Under the pieces are notes generated by a model, which was not told the DNA's origin, searched no databases, and saw only the letters and a list, made by a program, of their open reading frames with translations. From Camelus dromedarius (taxonomy: Eukaryota), in NCBI RefSeq assembly GCF_036321535.1, contig NC_087436.1:15438001-15502000 (forward strand): a stretch of DNA of 64,000 bases. The letters run 5' to 3'. Each line of letters begins with the position of its first letter. The first letter of the stretch is position 1. The position numbers and the translations under genes are program-made. Below are positions 38,591 to 51,569 of the stretch, one piece after another.

Positions 38591-38835
38591 TACTTCTCTG
38601 TTAAAGAGACAAAAATATGAATGACAGTGAGATGAGGGAACCAGCACAGGGAACCAGCTTAGAGACTGGAAATAAAGGGTGGGGATAAAGAGATCTCAAT
38701 AGAAAGTAGCATTTCCCCAAGAACCAGTATTTAAGATTGTTAATTTTTTAAAATAAATTACCTAGAGGAACCACATAATGAAATCTCCAAGTTTATAAGA
38801 GTCAGAAAGCTCTTTTAGCGTACAAATTGCCTTAC

Positions 38836-38929
38836 CAGTGAGGATATAAACCTCAGTAAAATCTCATGTAATCTGAGTGGGCAAGAAAGAATCATATTTT
38901 CAAGGAAAGAAACCAGAACATAATGGCTT
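38836..38929 (-). other. Candidate internal exon (94 nt)
   Basis: Minus strand: ttttttttttccacag|AAG acceptor (NAGNAG) and CTG|gtaagg donor; unique sequence. Confidence 0.4.
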
Positions 38930-39328
38930 CTGTGGAAAAAAAAAATCCAAACTGCAATTGTGAAAATAAAGTTCTGGCCCCCAAGCTTCCAGTTACTGAA
39001 CCTAAAAAAGCCACTTTAAGTCACCTCACTTTGAGGCTTAAAGGAAACTCAGAGACATCCACTGGTCCAGATCGTAGATATGAGAACTATTTTGGAAAGC
39101 TTGCCCGGAAAGCAGATAACTGAGTCATCCAAGACCACTGAATCAGAATCTCAGGGTATGAGGTTAGGAAGAATGTACTGCTTTCTGAAATTGTTTAAAC
39201 AAGCTCACCAGATAATTCATGTGCACACCAACGTTTGAGAACCCCTGATCTATCTGATCAGGAGACCAAGGGCCAGAGAAAATGAATGGCTGGGACAACA
39301 GCCCACAGCTAACAGGAGTGTCTAGAAC

Positions 39329-39499
39329 AGTTATTAAACGTTCACATGCAGCGTGGAATCACCCAGAGAACTTGTTAAATATGAATTTTTGAGCTCTACT
39401 CGCGGACTTTCTGATTCAGCCCAAGAATTCACATTTCTAACACGTGTCCAGGTGAGGCTGCTGCTGCCCACCTGGGGACCACACTTTGAGAACCTCTGG
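39329..39499 (-). mobile_element. MER5A hAT MITE (a second MER5 fragment at ~39110-39247)
   Basis: gaatcacccagagaacttgttaaa...tctgattcag...atttctaaca...ggggaccacactttgagaacctctg. Confidence 0.75.
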
Positions 39500-41189
39500 A
39501 CTAGTCATTAAAGACTTTTCTCTGAGCACATCAATTCAATGTAGCCCATACCCTTAAAGAAAAGGCAGGAGGGTATTTCAGGAATGATGTGGACAATGAA
39601 CTCAAGAACATGAAAAAATATAAATTTCACACATGAGCCATTCTGGTCAATTGGAAGAGACAGAGAAAGCTGGAAAAGATCCAGACTACCCTAGAATGAA
39701 ATGATAGGGGCTAGGGGACGTGACGAGAAACAAAAATGACTGAATAAATAAAAAGATGAAATTCACAAAATAAGGTACAAACAGGTCATGATTTTAAAAT
39801 CTATAAAAAGTGTGGAAAGACACATGCAGAATGAACAAATTTCAGAATGACAGCATTAGGCAGCTGTTTTGATTTTTACTCTAAGAAGTCATTCTTAGGC
39901 AACTTTTCATTATTTACTCAGAAAATCTAAGCTCAAGCCAGTCTTGAGGCTAGATTTTTATTCAAAACCACCTTGGAAAATGGTTCCCCAATGGTTCCAT
40001 ACAAAGCCAGGGAAGCCACAGAGAAACATTCCTCACTCACCACCCCACGTCTGCATGACTCTGACATTCCAGTATTACATTAGAAAGAACGGCATTCTAA
40101 CACTGCTCTAACTGCTACTCTTTTCTCAGGTAGACAGCTCTTAACCCTGAAACACTGCATTGAGATACATAATTCTCTCAACAGCTCAGAATAACTGTAA
40201 TTGCCTCTGTCTACTTGCTATTTGTCTCACTGTTCTGAGAACACATCCAAAATCTGTAACGGATGAATTCTACTGACAGCATCTCCTCGAGACTGTCATA
40301 CACATTTTACATCATATTGTTTTCAATCCTTTTCAAGCCCATTCTCTGCCTGTGGTTCTTGCTGTGCTACCTCTAGTATCTGCTGTCATTTCCTCCGAAG
40401 AAGGTAATGCACCTGAGTGTTAGATCCGGGCATTATCCGTGTTACTCCTACACCCAGCTAAGCTGCTCCCTCTGCCTTCTAAGTATCCTTGCCCAGGCTG
40501 TCCTCTTTGTTACATATATTTGCTTTTGTCCTCTCCCCACCCAACTCCCAACACCCTTCTGTCCTCCAAAAAATAGCCTTACTTCCAAAGACACAATATC
40601 TGGTTTTTGACCTTTTCAAAGCCAGTGTAAATATCATTTTGTCAACACACATACTACTTTTCAGAACTAAGAGGCAAAACAGGTTCCAAGTAGCTCCTGC
40701 TACACAGACAGGTGAATAGTTTGAGCTGGCTTTAGTTCTTCCCAAGACTTATTACTGGCTATTCTTTACCATGAGAATGTCGATTCTGCTTACGGCTTTG
40801 AAATTAAAGTCCCCTAAGATGTTAGAGGATCTCTCCTTGGCCAGAGTTCATTGTGATTAACCCTGTAACAGGATACACACACACACACACACACCTCGAC
40901 CAGAAGACCAAAACTCTGAGAGTTTAACATAATCAAGTTCCAAATACAAGAAGTCATTGCCCACCAAATAACTAACATAAAACTTAAACACAGGCTCTAT
41001 GCCTGTCTACAATTATTCTAAGGTGAGCTGTGAATCTTATGCCATGTCTTCTTGTTTCTGAAATGTATTCTTAATTAGGAACAAGAGACTTTATAGGAAT
41101 TGCTATGTAGACGCAACATAGACATTTATGACTGTCTGCTTGCCCTTTCTTTAACCTAAACTGTCTTTAAAAATATAAACTTCACTTCA

Positions 41190-42412
41190 ACTAACAGTGG
41201 TGGGAAAACCAGATATCCACATGAAAAGGAATGAATTGGGACCCTTACTTTACACCATATACAAAAATTAACTCAAAATGAATCAAAGACCTAAGGTAAG
41301 ACTTAAAACTACAAAACTCTTAGAAGAAAACATAGGGGAAATGCTTCATGATTTCTTGGATATGACACCAAAAGTATAGGCGACAAAAGTAAAAATAAAC
41401 TGGACTCATCAAAATTTAAAACATCTGTGCATCAAAGGACATAGTCAACACAGTGAAAAGGCACCCTATGGAATGGGAGAAAGCATTTGTAAACCATACA
41501 TCTGATAAAGGATTAATATCCAGAATATATAAAGAACTCCTACAACTTAACAACAAAAAGATAAATGACCCAATTAAATCATGGGCAAAAGACTTGACTA
41601 AACATTTCTCCAAAGCAGGTATACAAATGGCCAATAAGCATATGAAAAGATGTTTAACATCACTAATCATTATGGAAATGTGAACCAAAATCACGAGCTA
41701 TTACCTCACACATATTAGGATGGCTATTAAAATAAAAACGGTTTTTTTGAGGTTGTGGAGAAACTGGAATGCTTGTGTACTATTGATAGGAATATAAAAT
41801 GGTGTAGCTGCTGTGGAAAACAGTATGGTGGTTCTTCAAAAAATTAAAAGTAGAACTACCATATGATCCAGCAATTCCACTTCTAGATATACACCTAAAA
41901 TAGCTGAAAGCAGGAATTCAAACAGATACTTATACACATGCACAAGCAGCATTATTCTTAATAGCCAAAAGGTTGAAGCAACCCAAACATCCATCAGTGG
42001 ATGAATGGATACATAAAATGTGATGTGTGCGTGTGTGTGTATGTGTGATAGAATATCATTCATTCAGTCTTAAAAGGGAAGGAAATTCTAACACATGCTA
42101 CAATATGGATGAACCTTGAAGACACTATTCTAAGTGAAATAAGCTAGTCACAAAAAGACAAATACTGTATGATTCCACTTCCATGAGCTACCTAGAACAG
42201 TTAAATTCACAGAGACAGAAGGTAGAATAGTGGTTAACAGGGACTGGGGGAGGGGAAAATGGGGAGCAGTTTAATGGGTAGAGTGTTTTGCAAGATGAAA
42301 ACATTCTGGAAATCATTTGCACAACAATGTGAATATACTCAACAATACTGAACTATATACTTGAAAATAGTTAAAATGGTAAACTTTGTGTTGTGTATTT
42401 TAACACAATTTT
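41190..42412 (+). mobile_element. L1 (L1MA9/L1MB-like) ORF2 3' end plus 3'UTR
   Basis: ORF 41453 [35 protein letters not shown]...; complete old 3'UTR. Confidence 0.93.
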
Positions 42413-42649
42413 TAGGTATAAACTTAAGAAAATATTTTATACCAATAAGTTAAATATTTAAATAAGGAAACAAGTATCTGAAGGTAATAGCCTTAACTTA
42501 TAAATCTATAGTTACTTTTTTATTTTACACAAAGTACACTATCTCTTAAGAGAACAAATAATATTGTGTACAGCTTTTAAAGTAAAGGAATAATCTGTCT
42601 GTAGAATTGAAATATCTAAAAAATAACACACTTGATACACAAAGCTTAC

Positions 42650-42785
42650 CTTCTGTAAAATTAATAACTCTACAGGAAGGACTACTAAAGACTGTACATG
42701 GTGATGAAAATAACATCCTATCAAACTCTAATAGTTGATGTTAATATTCCCTTTCATTCAAAGAGCTTTGTAAAATCTCAGTATG
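42650..42785 (-). other. Candidate non-coding internal exon (136 nt)
   Basis: Minus strand: cctttctttatag| acceptor and AAG|gtaagc donor; stops in all three frames. Confidence 0.35.
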
Positions 42786-43377
42786 CTATAAAGAAAGGAT
42801 TTCATTCGTTTGAACCATAAATTGCACAGCAAAGCTTTCATCACAGTGTTTACTGGAAAGTGCTGGACTGGGTGCTAGTGTAGCGCAGCACGGATTCCAG
42901 GGGCCGCCAACACCTACCCTGTTACTCTTCACCCTTTACTTGAGTAAGATACCTGAGGTACAATCACTAGCAAATCTGAAGAGCAGACACTTCATAAAAC
43001 TTAGTATTTGGTACCTAGATGTCAAAAACAGATTTATCCATTTGCATCCAAGGAAACATATATCCATTTTGAATCCAGACACAGAGTTCAAAGTACAGCT
43101 TATTCAGTTATATTGTCAATTTGATCTAATAATAAACTACTTGAGAACATAACCCTGTGTCCAAACAGTATACTAAAAATACTGACACTGTTCTTTTCAA
43201 AGCAAAAATCAAGGTGATTGATCAAAAAATACAAAGATTAGGTAGAAGTACGATTTTACTGAGTTGGGTGTGTCAATCTTTGGACGTACTTACTTGTAAA
43301 ATGCAGATTCCCAAATCCTTCTCTCTACCACTCTGATGCGGATTCTGACACACTAGATTTGGGCCTATTAATTTGAT

Positions 43378-43505
43378 TTCTTAAGGGGGTAATTAAGTTT
43401 TTTTGTTTGCTTATTTATTATTTTTTAACAGAGGTCCTGGAGATTGAACCCATGACCTCGTGCATGCTAAGCATACACTCTACCCACAGAGCTATACCCT
43501 CTCCC
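43378..43505 (-). mobile_element. tRNA-derived SINE (camelid Vic-1-like), nested in a MER5-like remnant (~43290-43560)
   Basis: Antisense reads gggagagggtatagctc..tgggtagagtgtatgcttagcatgcacgaggtcatgggttcaatctccagg (A/B boxes) plus an AT-rich tail. Confidence 0.85.
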
Positions 43506-43899
43506 TGATTTAATGTGCATTTTTAACAAGCACTCATTAATAACACTTTAAGAAACACTGCAAAACACACCTTCAATAAGATGAAAATTACAAAGACTTA
43601 GACGTACACTTTCATAAGTAAGTTAAATCTCATCTTATTCAACCTGATACACACAGGAATCCTTCCTACAATATTGACAGATTGACAGATTGATTGATTT
43701 TTATAAGAAAGAATATCAATATTTACATACAAACAAATAGCATATGCTTCTCTTTAAGCTACAAGTCTAATCACTTATTTTAATAATACTACCATTGTTT
43801 GAAACTCAGAGTCTTAGAATTAACTCTAACTCTTAGAATTAACTTTCAACATACTGTATAAGCCTTCAAACATATATAAATTACAAAAAGAGAAACCTA

Positions 43900-44043
43900 T
43901 ATATCCTGTCTCCTCCTGTACCTCTTTGGAGCAGTCCTTCAGAGCTGTCTGAGAGGCTGTCTCCCAGGTGATGGTCCTCAGGAAGGTATTGGAATAAAAC
44001 TCAACTGGCAACTTTTAGGTAGTGTGTTTTTCTTCAGTGGAAA
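43900..44043 (+). mobile_element. ERV1 LTR 3' fragment (MER41-like)
   Basis: cctctttggagcagtccttcagagctgtctgagaggctgtctcccagg...aataaaactcaact. Confidence 0.7.
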
Positions 44044-44139
44044 CTTGGATATGTCAATTCAATTAGGCTTATTTGTTTTAAGTTTATTACTGATCATTAC
44101 TGAACACACGTCACCAGTAAGAAGAAAAGAAGACATTAC

Positions 44140-44266
44140 CTATGACTGCTCTCTTCCACAGCCTTCTGCTGGGTTGTATCTGCTCACTTCAGTCTATCAG
44201 AGGGGCAGAGAAGACTGCTCCAACACTTGGCACTGCTGGCAACTCCCAGAAGAAGACTTCCAAAAT
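44140..44266 (-). other. Candidate non-coding internal exon (127 nt)
   Basis: Minus strand: acttttctttattcctttctatag| acceptor and TAG|gtaatg donor; stops in all three frames. Confidence 0.45.
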
Positions 44267-44411
44267 CTATAGAAAGGAATAAAGAAAAGTCCCACAATCA
44301 TTAATAGATCACAAAAACCCAATCTAAATTTCTCTAGTTTTTCTCTCCTCCAATTTAGCACCATTTGTAGTGCATTGAGTGGGAGCATTCTCCTCATATT
44401 GCACTTATCAT

Positions 44412-44572
44412 TAAAAAAAAAAAGTCAATATGAAAACAAATAGATGTATGTATGTTTGTGTGTGTGTGTATATATGCATACATAAATACATACATACATA
44501 CATGACTGGGACATTGTGCTGTACACCAGACACTGACACATTATAATTGACTGTACTTCAATTTAAAAAAAG
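44412..44572 (+). mobile_element. L1 extreme 3'UTR fragment containing microsatellite
   Basis: catgactgggacattgtgctgtacaccagacactgacacattataattgactgtacttcaatttaaaaaa. Confidence 0.7.
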
Positions 44573-46759
44573 TTATAAGCAAAAAATGAATATTTATTTA
44601 GAAATCTGAATGCTAGCCAAAAATGAGAGACTCCCACTGGGTAACAGAAAGAATTCTTCTATCCTCTGAGAGACGGTTAGTAATGACACAGTTCTTTCAG
44701 AAAAGGAAAAAAAAAATGTGAAACAAAACAAATCCATATCCATGCATCAACAGCATCATATTATAATGACAAAAAATATATAAAAGAGCAAGGAGAGGAC
44801 CAGAGATACCTTTCATAACATACTTGTTTTTTAATGTGCAGTACTCCCAAAATAGTCCCTGGCACCTCTGACCTATCTAGAGATTGACAGTGGAAAGTTC
44901 AGTTTTTGCCATCTCATGGGCAGAGTTCACTTTGGTCTTAGACACACATCTCATATCATCAGGGTTATCTGGGAAGATCAGTTTCACAACACAAATGCAT
45001 GACTTAATCCCTGCTGTACAATCAGGAAAACATGAGCTTGAAGAAGGCTGGGAAATTAACCTCTCTGGGAGAAATAGTACAGAGAACACTCCGTAGAGAT
45101 GTTCTGGACAACAGAGCAAAGACGTTTACTCCAGACACTTAGAATATAAAAGTCAGAAGCTAATGCAAATGCTAAACAAACTGCAAGAAGCCACTATTCT
45201 AGATCAAAACAGATGGAAGCTAGAGAAAATGTCCAAGAAAAAACCTTTTTAAGAAAACAATAAATACTATACTTATATTATATTTAAAGCATGGAAACCA
45301 TTTAAATGCCCAATAACTGGGGAAGAGATAAGCAAATTTGACAAAATGACATAATTTACTTAACCACTATTTTGTCAGCCATTAGAAAATTTTATAAGTT
45401 TCAATAAAATGGGAAAATGCCATTTATCATGTAAAGAGGAGAGAAAAAAAAGAGTACAATGTTATAACTAAACAGGATCACAACCACTTCTGCAAAGCAA
45501 GAAACAAGAAGCAGTTTGTTCTGATATAGTTGTAAGTATTATTTATAAGTATTTCCCCAACTTTAGATGGGCCAAGGTGAGCAAGTCAGTCAGGGTCTAG
45601 TACAACAAATAGGCCTTTCACTCTCTCTGATGAGCCACTCATTAATATAATAATTTTTCTGCAGTAGTCCGGTATATTAAAAGATGCTTCCCTAGAAGCC
45701 ACCATAAGGGGTTTTGTGTGTGTGTGTGAGTTTGACCTATAGACGCCACAAAGACTTGGAATGGAATACCTTCTCTTATAACAAATGTTTCATGAAACGG
45801 AAAAAAATGGTCGGGTCGGGGGGCGGGACCTCAATGTGACCTAAATCTTCAAACCTGGGCACAGTAGTGGTAATTCCCCAGGCACAAGAAGAGTGCGTAA
45901 AAGGCCTGAGAAGCAAAGGATAACATTTCACCATGCAAATAAACAAATTCTTCACATTACAATTTCATCAGTACCTTCAAATCTGCCTTTTTCACTAAGT
46001 AATTATTAAGCACCTGGGACCTTGCAGTATATAATTCATAACCAAATCTCTGGGCATTTAATTGCAAGAGGTTTCACAAGTATCAGAATTCTGCTTCTTC
46101 ATAATCCCACATGAACAGTTTTATCATCATGTACTGGAGAGGGACAAGCTCTCCTACTGCCTCTTAAGAACTACAGATTGCTTCCAGATGTTTTTCAGGT
46201 GATTTCAAGCCTTTTCTCATTCTGTGGCTCTTGAATTATGAAAGGACATCTCTAATTCATGAGAAATTCCTCTCCCATTTTTGTGTCCATTATCACACAT
46301 TCTCCCCTTACACTACGTTTTAGGCGCCCACACACATGCACTTTTACTTAGGTAATCAGGCATCCCTGGGTATCAGTAACTGCTCATATTTTACCATCAT
46401 GATTCCACCAATAGCAACACCTTCAAAGGAAGCTGAGTCCCTTGACGGTAATGTACAGAACCACATCGAAAGCAAGGTTAAATGGAACTCAAGTGAACAG
46501 GAAGGACTCTTAAAATTCATTGGGTCTTGATGATTCTCTCACTGTCATCTCATTTAAAAACAAAATATGTCTCCTTCTAAAAAGGGGTGGGGGAGCTGGT
46601 GGTTAACAATTCAGTCACATTCGAATCTCTGCCCAGGCAAGTACTTCTAACAAAACATTCTACTTCCACATAATAAAATCAACTTCAGGCTCATAATCCT
46701 TCTGCACAAGAGCTATGTCACATCCCTAATTTCAACAGAGGAACAAAATTTAAACCTCA

Positions 46760-47130
46760 TTGCCAGATAGCATAAATGCAGTGAATTCAGACTTCTTCTG
46801 TTCTGAGTTCAGAAATCTGCTAATAGGCAGTGAGTGCGCAAAAAGCACAGCAAGCCACCGAATGAACACTGTGTGTGCTGTGGGCGGGGTGGGAGGGGGT
46901 AAGATAATTAACAGCCACATCACAGACTTCTCCCTGTATGGGTGAAATGAATGCAGAGGGGCGTTTATACAGGAACTGTGGATTTATCCACAGTACTGTA
47001 TTAATTGACCCGTGTTATAATCAAACGCCTTCCTGGAGGGTAATTAACAAATCAATCAATCAAGTACAAGTCTTGAACAATTCAAGAAGTTTTCAAATAC
47101 ACAGAGTTGGCTATGAGCTAATTATTGAAT
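46760..47130. promoter_or_regulatory. Candidate enhancer-like unique segment
   Basis: Repeat-free, retained CpGs, GC-box/G4 at 46882-46899, palindromes, TAATT and ATCAATCAA motifs; motif evidence only. Confidence 0.3.
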
Positions 47131-47290
47131 AATTTCATTCTCCAAAGAGCTGAACTGAGACAGGTTATATTCACGTGTGGAAACTTGCAGAGTAGAACAA
47201 AATACTCTACATAGGCCCACAATCTTCACTGACTCCATATTGATAATCACTCAAGAGTCTTAAAAATGGATGGACCTAAACCCTATCCTT

Positions 47291-47706
47291 ATGGACCTAG
47301 AGATTATCATACTAAATGAAGTAAATCAGAGAAAGACAAATATCATATGATGTCACTATACGTAAAATCTAAAAAAAAAAAAAAAATACAAATGAAAGTA
47401 TTTACAAAACAGAAGTAGACTTACAGACATAGAAAACAAACTTACAGTTACCAAAAGGGAAAGGTGGGGAGGGATAAATTAGGAGTTTGGGATTAACAGA
47501 TACAAACTACTATGTATAAAATAGATAAACAACAAGGACCTACTGTATAGCACAGGGAACTTATTCAAGATCTTGCAATAATTATAATGAAAAAGAATAT
47601 GAAAAATAATAGACATATAATTAAATCACTTTGCTGTACACCTGAAACAACTATAAATCAACTATACTTCAATTAAAATAAACAAATAAATTCTAAAAAT
47701 AAATAA
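47291..47706 (+). mobile_element. 5'-truncated L1 3' end (cetartiodactyl type)
   Basis: atggacctagagattatcatactaa..gaagtaa.tcagagaaagacaaatatcatatga...gagggataaattaggagtttgggattaacagatac...A-rich tail. Confidence 0.92.
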
Positions 47707-48417
47707 ACCAAGTCCCTGAATTTCAAAGATGATAAAAATGAAGCCCAGGGAAGCTAAGGGACCTGCTGAAAATTAAACAGCTGGTAAACCATGAAGACGG
47801 AGGTAGAACCCGTATCTCCTAACCCACGGTGACGCTATCTTCTCCACATTAAACTCTCAGCTCCTCAACTTTCTACCCATTAGGTAGATTTCATTCCTTC
47901 CCCCAAACAGCAAAACCTTTTAAGCTTTGGGAAAAGTTAAATCAAAAGAAGCTTCAATCTGCAATTTCCATTCAATCAATCCCTGAGATTTTACATGAAT
48001 TACATACATTCTTTTCTTTACCCAAGACATCCAGTGTAATTTGGATGACTTTAGGAAGGTCTCAACCACGAAACAAATAAGTGAGCTGCAGCATATCACT
48101 AAGAAATATGCTTAGTTTTGTTTAATCCAACATTTCCCAATCTTATTGGACATCTTTGCTTTGCAGAGCCTGTACTGACATCCTCCAAGAAGCATCCTTC
48201 AGGAAGCACATACAGCATACTAACATGAGTATGGGCACCCACTAAGCAGCATTTATAGTGAGAACAGCTTCCTCCTCCAGACCCAACTGTTAAAAAATCA
48301 ACTTGAGAGATAAAGGAAACCTGTGATTACAATGAAAATAACCACCAAGTAATAAATACTAAGTGCAAGGTAATGTGATAAGTACATTTTTTTGAGAAGG
48401 GGTGGGGCCGTCTTCAA

Positions 48418-48655
48418 TCATTTATATGTGGAATCTAAAAAATACAACAAACTAGTGAATAAAACAAAAAGAAAGCAGACTCACAAATACAGAGATCAAA
48501 CTAGTGGTTACTAGTAAGAAGAGGGAAGGAAGAGGGGCAAGATAGGGGTAGGGGAACAAAGGGTTATTATGGGATTATATGAAATCATGTGTGTGAAACT
48601 TTTGAAAATGGTGAAGCACTATAAAATTTAAAGAATCTTTTGTTCAATTAAAAAT
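48418..48655 (+). mobile_element. Short L1 3' end
   Basis: atatgtggaatctaaaaaatacaacaaactagtgaat..aacaaaaagaaagcagactcaca...gtgtgtgaaacttttgaaaat. Confidence 0.85.
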
Positions 48656-48714
48656 AATTCAAGTTATACTCCCCAGAGCCTGCATCAACTCTGCATTTGT
48701 TCATAGACAAGCAA

Positions 48715-51310
48715 AGTATTTTTAACACAAATAAATGTATCACATACATTGCTCTCTACCTTGCATTTTTCACCAAACAACATATGTTGGCAATGTTTCC
48801 AAAAATGACACATAAAGAGATTCACTGGTATTTTTATGACTGCAGTTTTCTAACGTACAGCTGTAACACCACACATTAATTCAGTCTCCCATGGATGAAC
48901 ATTTTGGTTGTTTCCAATCTTTAGTTATTTTATAAACACTACTACAAAAAATATTTTTGTACATACATGCATGTAATAGGTATGCATATATAGGATACAT
49001 TCATAGTACACTTGAATGTTTATCTAGAGGAATGTATTTGTATCTAAGATAAATTTCTAGAACTGGAGTTCCTAGTCAAATGATACGAGATTTTTCATAC
49101 TATAGATTTTGTCAAATTGCCCACTAAAGAGACTATTGTTTTGCACTCATACTCTTACAGAGTAAGTTATACAACTCCTTAAACTTTTCCTGCCTAATAG
49201 TGATAAATGGTACCTCAGCTCAGCTGTATGTCCATATCTCTTATAATGAGTAGCGCTTAAGCATCTTCTTCATATTTTTAAAAGACACCGTTATTTCCCT
49301 TTCTGTACAATATTTATATCCTTTGTCCATTTTTCTGGGTTGTTGGACACTTTCTTATAGATCTGTAGAAGCTCTTTATTAAGGAAATTAGTGGTTGGTG
49401 ATAAAAGAATCAAAAAATTTTCCCAATTCTCTTATTCTTTGTCTTTCCTTACGCAGGACTTTTTTTCAGTTAGGTTGTTTTTAATGTAATCAAGTATATC
49501 AATCTCTTTTCTGTCTTACTTAGGAAGATCATATGTATTCCAAGATTATAAAATAACCTTCCTGTGCTTTCTTCTACAATTTAATTTGTTAAATTTCTCT
49601 TTAATATAGATCAATTTTGGCTAAACATTTGAGGTGCTGCTCTAAGTAGCTTTTTCCATTCCCCCTAGATGGCCACCTGGTTACCCCACGACTATTTATT
49701 GAACAGAGCTTCTTTCTCTAACTACCTTGAAATGCCATCTTTTTTTTAAATTAATTAATTAATTTTTTTGAAGTACAGTCAATTATAGTGTCTCTGTCTC
49801 GTATACAGCATAATGTCCCAGTCATGTGCATAAATAATGTTTGCTTCTGTATTTTTCCCATTAAAGGTTATTACAAGATATTGAACATAGTTCCCTGTGC
49901 TGTACAAAAGAAACTTTTTTTAAAATCGACTTTTATATATAATGGCTAACATTTGTAAATCTCCAACGCCCAAATTTATCCCTTCCCACCCCTTTTTCCC
50001 CAGTAACCATAAGATTGTTTACTGTCTGAGAATCTGTTTCTGTTTTGTAGATGAGTTCACAGTGTCCTTTTTTTTTTAAAGATATCACACATGAGTGATA
50101 GTATATGGTATTTTTCTTTCTCTTTCTGGCTTACTTCACTTATCTCTAGGTCTATCCATGTTGCTGCAAATGGCATTATTTTATTCTTTTTTATGGCAGA
50201 TTAGTATTGTGTAAATACACCACAATTTCTTTATCTACTCATCTGTCGATGGACATTTAGGTAGCTTCCATGTCTTGGCTGTTGTAAATAGTGCTGCTGT
50301 GAAAACTGGGGTGCATGTGTCTTTTCAACTTAGAGTTCCCTCCGGATACATATTCAGAAGTGGGATTGCTGGTTCCTATGTTAAGTCTATGAAATGCCAT
50401 CTTTATAATATACCAACTATGGTATCTGGTAACATCAGTGTTTTAATTATTGTAGCCTTACAGTATGTTTTAGTCTCTTTTTCAGAACTGGGCTAGCTAT
50501 TCGTGCTTAACTTATTTTTCCATGTGAACACAGAATAAGTTGGCTTAGCCCCCCCAAAAAATCCTGTTGTTATTTTTACTGGAATTACATTAAACATACA
50601 CATAAATTTAAGGAGAACTTGCATCTCTATATCCAAGAATATGACAGGCCTTCTCACGCCTCTTTTGTATCTCTCAGGAGCATTTTTAAATGCCTTCACA
50701 TACATCATACATATTTCTTAAGTTTATTCTTAGGTATTTTATCCTTTTTTAAGCTAATGTTTTTTTCTTCCACTACATTCAAACTAACTGTTAGTATATA
50801 TGAAAGCCATGAATGTTGACACATTACTTTGGTATCCAGGCACATTTATAAATTATCTTATTCTTTATAATTAGCTTTTCACTTGATTCTCTTGGGTATT
50901 CTAGTCATAGGCCTACCTATTATTTACAAATAATATCTGTTTACTTCCTTCCTGGTTTGTATACTTTCATAACTTTATTTTCTTTCTGTTGTCCAACTCT
51001 ATTAACTTGTGATTCCAAAACACCATTAATAAATAGTAAAAATAGTCGGCCTTATTTTGCTCCTAACTGAAATGGGAATGGTCTCAAATTTCCTATTAAG
51101 TCTGAGATGGTTTTTAGATTGAGATGAACATACTTTGCTAAGGATATTTTCCTCTTATATTTTGAGGGTTTTTAAAAGATCAATAATCAATATTGAACTT
51201 TATCAGATGCCTTTTTTTTATAAAAAATGATCATATGTCATTAAACATAAGATGATGAATGTCTGTAATAAATTTCATACTACTGAACCCTTCATGGATT
51301 CCTAAAGCCA
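48715..51310 (-). mobile_element. Old L1ME-like element, interrupted by a younger L1
   Basis: Antisense L1 motifs (gatgaacattttggttgtttccaat; ttaattattgtagc; ttgattctcttggg; cttattttgctcctaac). Confidence 0.75.
49743..50389 (-). mobile_element. Younger 5'-truncated L1 with perfect 15-bp TSD
   Basis: TSD tgaaatgccatcttt at 49728-49742 and 50390-50404; T-tract at the left end; antisense ORF2 end and 3'UTR. Confidence 0.93.
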
Positions 51311-51569
51311 TTCTCACTTGTTCCAGCGTATTGTTCTTTTTCTGTGTGCAGAACACACATCAGCCCTGTCCCCTCCCTCCACTGTCTCAGCAGCCCCACT
51401 GGGTGTGCATCGTCCAGGGCTGTGTGGACCCCCACCTGCCAGACGCCCACTCTCCTCACTGACCCCCAACCCCTGCCCGCCCCTTCCAGGACTGTGCAGT
51501 GCCTGCCAAACTTGCTGGGCCCTGAGATGCTCTGTCCCCACGTATCCTCATGTATCCTTCCTCTCCCTG

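Noticed and set aside
43420..43505. tRNA gene
   Set aside because: The tRNA-like head belongs to a SINE with an AT-rich tail and degenerate cloverleaf; the same applies to 58430-58509.
46984..46992. TTATCCACA, identical to a bacterial DnaA box
   Set aside because: A chance 9-mer in clearly mammalian DNA; no prokaryotic context.
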